Source: Macrostomum lignano
Taxonomy: Eukaryota
Assembly (NCBI GenBank): GCA_002269645.1
Contig: NIVC01000337.1
Span: forward strand, 124,001-188,000
DNA: 64,000 bases
Reading direction: 5' to 3'
The first letter of the stretch is position 1; each line of letters starts with the position of its first letter. Of the stretch, positions 1 to 10,242 are shown piece by piece. The position numbers were made by a program, and so were the translations under genes. The notes below the pieces were generated by a model. That model was not told the origin of the DNA, did not search any database, and saw only the letters and a list, made by a program, of their open reading frames with translations.

Positions 1-32
1 ACTCACTAACTAAATAACTAACTAACTAACTG

Positions 33-102
<70 letters not shown>

Positions 103-103
103 C

Positions 104-150
<47 letters not shown>

Positions 151-202
151 CAACTAACTAGCTAACTAATTGACTAACTAACTAACTAACTCACTAACTA
201 AA

Positions 203-252
<50 letters not shown>

Positions 253-253
253 G

Positions 254-284
<31 letters not shown>

Positions 285-313
285 GCTAACTAACCAGCTA
301 ACTAACTAGCTAG

Positions 314-380
<67 letters not shown>

Positions 381-381
381 G

Positions 382-424
<43 letters not shown>

Positions 425-425
425 G

Positions 426-480
<55 letters not shown>

Positions 481-481
481 G

Positions 482-539
<58 letters not shown>

Positions 540-540
540 C
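1..540. repeat. (CTAA)n tetranucleotide microsatellite, inside AXDND1 intron 2
   Basis: Near-perfect ACTA/CTAA array read directly from the sequence. Confidence 0.97.
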
Positions 541-622
541 TAACCCTGTCATTTCCGATTAAGTTGACATCCACTTTGGAGCAGCTGTGCTGAATTTCTT
601 TCCCCATGCGATGGCTACTCAC

Positions 623-1454
623 TTGCCGGCGCCGCATACGCAGATCGTTGAGTCGGTGAGATGCTTGAGCTTCTCACGGCGCTTTGGATAATTCCAAACG
701 TTGGACGGCTTCGGCAGTGCGCGAGGCCGCGCCACCGACGATGGCAAATCGGCGCCGACAAAATCCGGCGGCTGAGTGAGGGAGAAAATCACCTCGTCTG
801 GCAGGTAGTCATTTGGGGCCTGGCCCGGCTGCTGCTGCTGCTTCTGGTCCTCGTCCTGGTGCCTGTTGGCTCCCGACCTGATCTTGGGTAGGACTGCCAA
901 GATAAACGGGTGATCAAACTGTTTGGTTAAGCGATTCTTATTGGCTGCATGCGGCGTCGAGAGGATGATTTCAGGATTAGGACGATTCTGATTGGCCAGT
1001 GAGTCAAGGGGTAGATTGAGGGTTAGGACCAAGGGGGTAGATTGGGGGTTAGGGAGGGTCCCGCAGGACGCTTCTGATTGGCCAGTGTATCAAGGGGGTA
1101 GATTGGGGAGTTAGGGAGGGTCCCGAAGGACGCTTCTAATTGGCTAGAGGGTAGATGGATAGATGAGAGGATAGGGAGGGTCCCGCAGGACGCTTCTGAT
1201 TGGCCAGTGTACCAAGGGGGTAGATTTGGGGTTAGGGAGGGTCCCGCAGGACGCTTCTGATTGGCCAGTGTATCAAGGGGGTAGATTGTGGGTTAGGGAC
1301 GATTCTGGTTGGTTAGAGACTCAGCAGATAGGGGAGGGGGCACAGTAATTGTCACGTGACCCTCACCTTGGTTCTGCGCTCGCGGTGTCGGCCCAGCGCT
1401 GCCCCCGGGCGAGGCCGTCGTGCCGTTGCGAAATTCAACGAGCTGCGAAGTCAT
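623..1454 (-). CDS. AXDND1: Axonemal dynein light chain domain-containing protein 1, 5' part: exon 1 1454-1367, exon 2 893-623; gene continues beyond the window start
   Basis: Exon 2 encodes NDYLPDEVIFSLT...VWNYPKRREKLKHLTDSTICVCGAG, matching the recalled AXDND1 N-terminal motifs (NEFIPKEVLLSLT...[25 protein letters not shown]). ATG at 1454, donor GTGAGG at 1366, acceptor CAG at 896-894 (phase 1 consistent), donor GTGAGT at 622. Confidence 0.8.
985..1310. repeat. Imperfect ~58-60-bp tandem repeat in AXDND1 intron 1
   Basis: Repeated GGGAGGGTCCCGCAGGACGCTTCTGATTGGCCAGTGTATCAAGGGGGTAGATT units. Confidence 0.85.
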
Positions 1455-2456
1455 CTCGCGGCTGCACAACCGGTGACTGGCTGGAAGGCGCAGAAAAACA
1501 GCAGCTGTTTCAGATTGAAGTCATGATAAGTTTTTTATCATTCAACTGTTGATTGGATTTTTGACAGGAAAGACAAAAAATCGAAACCAGAAAACCCAAA
1601 CAATTCAAGCGCAAAATATTCAAAATAGCAACAGAATTCGACTTTATTATTTTACTTCTATAAAACACAACGATACACCGATAAAAATCAGCACACAGAA
1701 GAGTATCAATAAAATATTCATATCGCAGTTATAATAAAATTTCAACATTAAAATGTCGCACAGGATTACTGATAGTGTTGAAAATTTTCATCAAGAAACA
1801 TTTTTAGTCGCAATTGAAGTTTACTGAGCAACGGTGCAATAAATATTTATAAGAATTCAGAGGCTTAACGCAAAAGAGTAAAGGGTAATTAATATCAATC
1901 AAGGAGTGCCAGAAGTTTTAATTTTTTCCTGATTACAAGGATACCAAACTCTGCTACTATTAGTAGTTGATCAAATATTAATCTTAACAAAACACTTAAT
2001 GAGCTGCCCTGCAGCTGCTTGTGACAATATAAAAATCAATAGAGAACTTTTAGGACACTGCAGCCGTATCTGTCCAAGAGATGCAAAAGCCACCAATCCT
2101 TGCTTGCGGCACTAAACTAGCTAAGGTGGATAAAACATAAGAGAAGTGCAGCTTTACAAATGTGATTTGATATGGACAGGTTAGTGTAGTTCTTGTAACT
2201 CATTTGACACTGAAAATTTATGAATAATATTTATTTTAAGGCTTGATGGAGTTCTTTCTCAAGATTTTTTGTTTGAGTCTTTATTTTTGCCAGTGGTAGT
2301 TCTGTTTAAAGTTTACTAAAAATAAATTTAAACTGTTACTCAGTCCCACTGTTAGTATCTCCTGGGAAAATCTCCTATAGACTAAAGCTAATGCTGTCCA
2401 ATGCGTTGAAATCACCCGGCCATTTACTTTATGAAGTCCATGACGCCTGCTAAGTT

Positions 2457-3731
2457 TCAGTAGCCATCGTGGATTCGAACTCGCCGCATCCCGCGCTCCA
2501 ATCCACCGGAGCCGTATTCAAAATCTTCGTAGTCCCTGTCCCCGTCCAGTCCAAACTCGTAGTCGTCCGTGCCGCGCCGGAAGTAGGCGTCGTACAGCCG
2601 GTGCCGCAGCGGGGAGCCGCCGTGCCGGTCCTCCCGGCCGGACACGTAGGCCGATGGCGCCCGGTAGGTGCCGAGGTCCTCGTCGAACTCGTCGCCGTAG
2701 TCTCGTCCGGCCCCGGCCCCGCCGTAGGGCCCCGGGCCGGCCGGCATCGACCGGCGAAGGTCGGAGGATGACCGGCTGCGCCTGAGGCTGGACGAGGCGG
2801 CAGGCGGCCGAACGGGGGCGCGCGGGCCTCCCAGACGAGTCAGCGTGTCGTGCAGGACCGGCTTCCGGCTCACCAGATTCTTGTCGACGTGTCGGACGAC
2901 GAACGGTGGACGACCGTCGACGCGAACAGGAGCTGCCAGTGTCGCGGCCGCCTGCGGCGGTTTGCTCCGGCGCCGTCGCAATCGTCGTTCCTCGGCTTCA
3001 AAGTCGTCGCCGGAAGCGCGCAGGGCGGCGGCCGCGGCGGCGGAGGCGTAGCGGCCTGGCGAGCGGCAGCGCATGACGGCCGACAAGGTCTGCCGGCTGT
3101 AGCCGGGGCGCGCGCGTCGGAGGCGGCGGCGTCTCAGTCGCCTGGTCGGAGTCACCGTCGCGTCCAGGTCATCGTCGTCATCGTAGTAATCATCGTCCAG
3201 ACCGTCGCTGTCCACGCCGAGTAGGTCGGAGTCGAAGTCTCCGGTGGTCAAGTTAGTTTGCTCAATGACGGCTCGGGTGCTGAACTCGAAGCGTGGCCCG
3301 GGGCCGAGGAAGTCGACGGTGCGGATCAGCTGCGCCTGCCGGCTGCCGCGGTGGACGGCGCAGCCGCTGGCGAGAGCTGCCGCGGTGCCGCCGGCCGGGT
3401 AGAGAAAATCCCTGGCGCCGGCGTCAAAGTAGGCGAGCAGGCAGCCGCCAAGGTAGACATCCGTGACCTGGCGCAGCTCCACTGTCACTGGCAGCTCGTC
3501 CAGCATCTCCAAGACGTCCTGGGGATCCGCTGCTGGCCAAAACAGCTTCTCGAAGACGAATCGCTCGTGCAGGCAGAGAGGGAATGCCGGGTCAACCAGG
3601 CGAGTCCGCTTTGCTTGGCCGAACATTTCCACGGTGAGGTAGAGCGGGTCCCGGTTGGGCAGCCAGGCGCCTGGCGAGGCCACCGACTCGATGCTGACCT
3701 CCACGGTGCACTTGAATCCTCTCGGCGGCAT
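2457..3731 (-). CDS. SPATA6: SPATA6-family protein, single exon, 424 aa
   Basis: N-terminus (SIESVASPG...LYLTVEMFGQAKRT...FPLCLHERFVFEKLF...RDFLYP...RFEFSTRAVIE) matches the recalled SPATA6 N-terminal domain. GC-rich ORF from ATG to TGA. SPATA6 versus SPATA6L orthology not resolved. Confidence 0.9.
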   Translation of the reverse strand: MPPRGFKCTVEVSIESVASPGAWLPNRDPLYLTVEMFGQAKRTRLVDPAFPLCLHERFVFEKLFWPAADPQDVLEMLDELPVTVELRQVTDVYLGGCLLAYFDAGARDFLYPAGGTAAALASGCAVHRGSRQAQLIRTVDFLGPGPRFEFSTRAVIEQTNLTTGDFDSDLLGVDSDGLDDDYYDDDDDLDATVTPTRRLRRRRLRRARPGYSRQTLSAVMRCRSPGRYASAAAAAALRASGDDFEAEERRLRRRRSKPPQAAATLAAPVRVDGRPPFVVRHVDKNLVSRKPVLHDTLTRLGGPRAPVRPPAASSSLRRSRSSSDLRRSMPAGPGPYGGAGAGRDYGDEFDEDLGTYRAPSAYVSGREDRHGGSPLRHRLYDAYFRRGTDDYEFGLDGDRDYEDFEYGSGGLERGMRRVRIHDGY

Positions 3732-6700
3732 GGTGCTTCTGTTGAGTTGGAGTCGAAGTTTTTTGAGGTACTGATCATTTGTGAACTGAGAAAATGGACT
3801 GGTTTAAGTGCTTCTATAAACAAGTTTTTTTACTGGTTTAGTTTTGCATTCATGCATGATTTTACTAACTTTGAGATTTTTGAGCTATTATAGCTATTGC
3901 TATAAATAACTATTAAATTGATTTTTAAATCATGGATTGCACATGTACAAGTTTCACTACCATTTGTTATGCAATATTCACATATTTTCCTGACTGATAT
4001 GTAACATATTTTTGCCATGTGCCATAAACAATGTTAAAATATTTTGTCTTAGCTGTATAAAATGTTCTGCAGCATCTGGTTGGTTAAAAAACAATTAAAT
4101 GATGTTGTGTTTTGCATGAGGACCACCAAGAAGGTTTAATATATAATGTTTCTTGATTTCAGCAAAAAATCTGTTAAATACAGAGGTGAAGGTGCAGAGC
4201 TTAGATTGCTTAGGTAAGAACAAACTTATAATTTATGACATATTTGTGATCACAGTTTTTGTTTGTAAGTAGTACCAAGTCCATTAACATCACAAAGTGA
4301 TTTCCTTCTTATTTGGCTATTTCTTTCATAAATCCTGGAAGATTTGAAATGCTTTTGAAGTCTATGAAATCTTACATATTTTAATATGTGACTAATAGAT
4401 AGATGCTCAATAATGTCAGTTTAAAGTCTCAATAAATGCATTGTTAGTCCCTACGAACATTCATTGCCAAGTGAGCCATTGTTGATTTTTTGAGATACAA
4501 ACTGCATAAATAGTATAACAATTGAAGTAAAATAAAGTATGGAGACTAGACAGGTAGTTTTCTACATTATAAGTTCTTCCTTTACAAGCCTTGCCTTCTA
4601 CTTCTTTTAGTTTAGTGCGGTTTCGACAATCTGAACTTGAAAAACACCGAATGTAAACTAATTTAAACTTGCGCGAAATATTATCATGAACTCTAAACGT
4701 TGTCTTAGTTATTTGTTATACTCCATAATATTCAAGCAGTAAAAATAGTCGTGTTTTATGGAAACGCCCTTTTGATCACACGTGACGATACAGTTTCTTT
4801 TTTTAGTATGCAGTTGCTGGAGGAGCCTTTGGATTGTTTTCAGGCTAAATTTTCATAGGAGTTTTGCCATGGGTTTTCTTCTGTTTAGGAACACAAGCAT
4901 TTTGCATTAAGTTCCTTACCGTTCAGCTTTCTACCCTTTTGGGTTGATTTATAAATGTTTAGTTAGGATGGTTGGTTTGTGGTTACTGGCTAATGATGTA
5001 CCTCTTCCTTGTAATTAAATGATAAAATTATTGTCTTTTAATGCACTGGTAAAAACAGTTATTTTAGACTTACACAAAGTTTAGTTTTATTTGTTTAATA
5101 GGTTGGGCCTAAATAATAATGAAATTGTTATTCCTTTACTAAAGCCAAATGCTTTAGTAATAGGCCTATAAAATAAATGGTAATAATTATTATTAAACTA
5201 TGGATTTATTTATATTTAGCTACCTATACTATTTTCAACATTTCTTAGCATTAATATCCTAGTCCCAACAAATCCCAAACTTTTTGCAATCCCATGACAT
5301 GATCCTAGGATTTAGTCATAGAATTTGGCCAATCCTAGGATTCAATCCTAAGATCAGAAAAAAAAGATTTTTAAGCTTCTGAGTTAAAATTTTAAGGCAA
5401 AATATGCGCTTAATATTTTTTGCTTCTATTTTTTATTCTTATAGAAATAATGATCTATTTATAGATAAAAAACAGTATTATCTTGTGAGTATTAGGGCCT
5501 AAAGTAAGTAATATAAAAGTACTAACTTTTTGAGATATTAAAGATGCAAATTGTATATCAAAATTAATATTAGAATAAATTTCACATTTAAATCTGTGAT
5601 GCAGGGTTTAAAAAGGCCCTAAGCAACATAAGGTAATTAATAGAAATAAGGGCAGTATAATAAACTAATTGTAGGCCTTATTATATTCATAATATAGCAC
5701 TTTACTAACAAAAATTAGTCCTGGGATTTGGGCCCAATCCTAGGATTTTGGGATCCCAAGATCTCAGGATTGCAATCCTTAACTAATATACAATTGTTAC
5801 CTATTTCTATTTAATGGGTTGAATGATCTCATTCATTCAAGAGAATTATTGTTAAATTGTTAATAATTCTTTGGCTAGGCTTATATAAATCATAACTGGC
5901 TAACATTGTCTTTTTATACTATGTTTTTCTTAGCCTTATTATTTAATATTATACTTTTTATTATAGTAGATAGATATAGGCCCCTAGTCAATAAATTAGT
6001 CTTTTACTTTCTTATGCGTATTTTTTATATAATGCTAAATAGAAACAATTTGGGATAAGATTGAAATGCCAAACATTTCTAAGGCATTTAGTAAGTAATG
6101 TAAGTTACATTTTATATATTTTAAGTACAAAGCCTAATATAATAAGTTTGGCATAAAGTTATGATTTATTGAATAAGTTATAATTTAATTGATATTAGTC
6201 TATTAAATTATTATTTTATTAAGCATCTAAGATAAGCAACTTTGCAATTTCCTGTTTTAAAATATTTATATAAGTTACTGTTACTTTGCCTTTTCTATTA
6301 TTTTTTTGATGCCAATATTAGTTATAATCATTTACTAATAATAGAGCTATAAATAGGAGTTTATATTAAGGCCTATAACCTATTTTTTTGTTTATATAAT
6401 AGCTAACTAATAAATTTCTTACAACTTATAACTTTTATTTCAATAATATTAAATCTAATCATATTAGACAATAATTGTTTAATTTATCAATCATTAATAA
6501 TATATCATTGCTTTTTTATTTTATAAAAGCTTAAAAAATAAAAAATATTCAATTCTATAAATTTTCTATTACTTTACTTTTACTCATCAAATATATAGCT
6601 CTAATATTCCTTTGAGTCTTAAGTCCTTAAAAGAATTGAGTGGATATTAAGCTTCTTTCTATTTTTTAGCTTTTGATAAATATTTATAAACTCAATGACT

Positions 6701-7551
6701 ATATATCTTCTATCTCTTTACACTATTGGGTCTCTTTGACAGAGAAGTTGCAGAAGTCTATAGGTTCTATGTTTATAGATTAGTCAAATTTATGATTGAA
6801 GTTTTGGAAGCCATATAATTATGAACTTATTGATATTTCAAAAACAACATAAATAACAGAAAATGGAATTAGGCCCTGAAAAATCATGGTGCCAATTGGG
6901 TATCTGGGTCCAAATTCAGGATGCCAACAATTAAAGTGAATGTGGCATGACATAGTTGGCACAATAAACCTAGCTATTATCTGTCCTATTCTATCTTATG
7001 AAAGGACTTAGAAAAGAATATATAAGCAAAAAACTTTTTTTCAATGTAAGACCCATACCCATTGGAAATGGTGACTAGAATCACTAGAGTCATTGCAAAC
7101 AACCATGCTTGGAAACAAACAACTCATTAGCAACTGTAGGAAGACTCTTGTAACTTTTGTAATGACTCTTGTAATCCAACAAAGGCAACTATTGAGTCAC
7201 AAGCGCATCACATGAGTTGCAGAATCCTAAAAGTCTCAAAAAGTTATACAAGCATTGTGTTGCCGCTTGAATTTCTACTAACTCAAGTAGACTTGAGTTT
7301 GTATAAGCGCAAAGTTCGATTCTAATTCATAAAGTGGTGCAGGTGTGCTTTAGAAGCAACTCAGTGATTCTACAGCAACTCTGGCATGCCTCAAATACAA
7401 CTAGAAAACTAGAGTCACTTCTTTCCTATTTTACCTGTGTTATCTGCAACTCTGGGACGCTATTTGGTCTAGGTACCGTCATCTGTGCACTACTTGTTCA
7501 TCCTTTTACATTAGTAGTATAAACGCGCATTAATAGTCAGCATTGTGTTGC

Positions 7552-9402
7552 ATGGCTGCCCTGTCCAAATCCGGCGTCTTTATTGTCGCCGCTAAGCGAA
7601 CGCCGTTCGGCGCATTCGGTGGCGCGCTCAAGGACCACTCGGCCACCGACTTGGCCGAGACGGCGGCCCGCGCCGCGCTGGAGGCCAGCGGCGCTCCGAA
7701 AGACGCCATCGGCTCCGTGGTGTTCGGCAACGTCATCCAGAGCCACCGGGACACCGCCATGCTGTCGCGCCACGTGGCCGTCCGCCTCGGCCTGCCGATC
7801 TCCACGCCGGCTTTCAACGTCAACCGGCTGTGCGGCTCCGGCTTCCAGTCCGTGGTCAGCGCCACCAACGAGATTCTTCTGGGCGACAGCGAAGTCTCCA
7901 TCGCTGGCGGCTCGGAGAGCATGAGCGGCACCCCCTACGCAGTCTGGGGCGTCCGGTTTGGCACGAAGTTCGGCACCGACTACGAGCTGACGGACCTGCT
8001 GTGGCACGGCCTGATCGATAAGCAGATCAAAACTCCCATGGGCGTCACGGCCGAGAATCTGGCCGAGAAATTCCAGCTGACCAGGAAGGAGTGCGACGAG
8101 TTTGCCGTGGTCAGCCAGGACAGATGGCAGAAGGCCAACGCTGACGGCGCCTTCAAAGCCGAGATTGTGCCCATGCAGGTGCGAATTTTTCGTCATTTGG
8201 GAAATATGATCTATTCGAGCTAGATAGTAAATGGATTAAATCTGAGACTTGGGATTAGTGGTCTGAGAATTGGGATTTGGGGTCTGGGAATTGGGATTAG
8301 CGGTCTGGGAATTGGGATTAAGGGTCCTGGAATTGGGATTTGGGGTCTGGGAATTGGGATTAGCGGTCTGGGAATTTGGATTAGGGGTCTGGGAATTTGG
8401 ATTAAGGGTCCTGGAATTGGATTAGGGGTCTGGGAATTGGGATTTAGGATCCTGGGATTGGGATTAGGGGTCTGGGAATTGGGATTAAGGGTCCTGGAAT
8501 TGGGATTAGGGGTCTGGGAATTGGGATTAAGGGTCCTGGAATTGGGATTAGGGGTCTGGGGAATTTGGATTAGGGGTCTGGGAATTTGGATTAGGGGTCT
8601 GGGACTTGGGATTAAGGGTCCTGGAATTGGGATTTGGGTCTGGGAATTGGAATTGTGTCTGGGAATTGGGATTAGGGGTCTGGGAATTGGGATTAGGAGT
8701 CTGGGAATTCGGTCTAAGGTCTAACACTTGGTGTTAGGAAGATAGGACTTGGAGTTAGCAATACAGGTCTCATAATTAGGAACTTGGATTCAATTGATTT
8801 CCTATCCCCCATGCCCCCCCCCCCCTACTCCCCAGGTCAAGGGCAAGAAGGGCCCCACAGAGTTCGCCGTAGACGAGCACCCGCGCGCGGCCACGGTAGA
8901 GACCATGGCCAAGCTGCCGCCCGTGTTCAAGAAGAACGGCGTTGTCCACGCCGGCAACGCGTCCGGCATTTGCGACGGAGCCGCCGCCCTGGTGCTGGCC
9001 TCCGAGGCGGCCCTGAAGCGGCACAGCCTGAAGCCGCTGGCCCGCCTAGTCGGCTATCATTTCGTCGGCTGCGACCCCAGCATCATGGGCATCGGGCCCG
9101 TGCCCGCGGTGCAGGGCCTGCTGGCCAAGACTGGCCGCAGCCTCGCCCAGGTCGACCTTGTCGAAGTCAACGAAGCCTTCGCGCCGCAGTACCTGGCCGT
9201 TGAGCGGCAGCTCAGCCTGGACCGCGCCATCACCAACGTCAACGGCGGCGCCATCGCCCTCGGTCATCCGGTCGGCGCCAGCGGCAGCCGGATCATGGCG
9301 CACCTGGCTCACGAGCTGCACAGGCGCGACAAGAAGCTGGCAATCGGTTCGGCTTGTATTGGAGGCGGTCAGGGCATCGCCATCATGATTGAGCGGTGCT
9401 GA
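7552..9402 (+). CDS. ACAA2: Mitochondrial-type 3-ketoacyl-CoA thiolase; exons 7552-8178 and 8836-9402; 397 aa
   Basis: [12 protein letters not shown] start; catalytic motifs NRLCGSG, NEAF, GHP and SACIGGGQG; phase-0 GT-AG intron joins VPMQ|VKGKKG in frame. Confidence 0.96.
8245..8710. repeat. G-rich minisatellite (GGGAATTGGGATTAGGGGTCT-like) in the ACAA2 intron
   Basis: Direct reading of ~21-27-bp variable units. Confidence 0.92.
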
Positions 9403-9519
9403 CAGTCTGATTAAAAACCTTGCTGATTGATTGATTGCTTTTTAATTGTGTAACATCTTTTGGATTTCAATTGTTGACTATGAATCGATTTTTTCTATTT
9501 GATTTATTCGATTAGTAAT

Positions 9520-9785
9520 CGCATAGCAACGGGAGATTTCAAGCAATTAGCAACCGCATAGCAACCGGATTAAGAGCCTAGCAACCGCACAGCAACCGGC
9601 TTAAGAGCCTAGCAACCGGATTAAGAGCCTAGCAACCGCATAGAAACGGGCTTATGAGCCTAGCAACCGCATAGCAACCGGATTAAGAGTCTAGCAACCG
9701 CATTGCAACCGGCTTAAGAGCCTAGCAACTAGCAACCCCTGTCTCACACAACCGGCTTAAAAGCTAAGCAACCGCATAGCCTTGG
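9520..9785. repeat. Imperfect TAGCAACCGCATAGCAACCGGATTAAGAGCC repeat
   Basis: Many TAGCAACC cores in tandem between ACAA2 and TOPBP1. Confidence 0.85.
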
Positions 9786-10242
9786 GAAAGTATGAATTAA
9801 ACTATAAAATGCTGTGAATCGGTCTACTTTTGCCATTGCGCCTCTGTCAGTGATGTTATTAGGTCAAAAAATTTTGTTCCTAGCTTTTAATTCACGTAGT
9901 TTTTGCCATCCTATTCATCCAATTTCCCGTTCTTTTATTGTACGGCGAAATAGCATTAATTGATTGATACATTTGACATCGCGATTTTCATGAACAATAT
10001 GTAATTGAGCAAGTTTAAGTTACAAACGGTTGAACGTTATTTTATTGCCCTTCGTGTTGGGCTTTGATTGCTATTCATAATAATTATTAAGATTATAATA
10101 ATCAACCTCTGCTTTCTTTTTTTATTGTCAGAAAATAGTTCAGTTTACTATTTAGGCTACTATAAGTAAAAATGAAAGAATTTTACTTTAAGATTCATTC
10201 GGTCAGTCAAAGTAAAAAAATAGCGCTTTAATTTTTCACTTC

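Noticed and set aside
1-540. (CTAA)n as telomeric repeat or branch-point array
   Set aside because: Unit TTAG is not TTAGGG/TTAGG, it is intronic, and CTAAC is on the non-transcribed strand of AXDND1.
877-880. Alternative AXDND1 acceptor (CAG at 880-878)
   Set aside because: Phase is incompatible with exon 1; the acceptor at 896-894 restores the frame.
5250-5790. GGGATT/AATCCC-rich segments as a MITE
   Set aside because: No definable TIR pair or TSD in very AT-rich, degenerate sequence.
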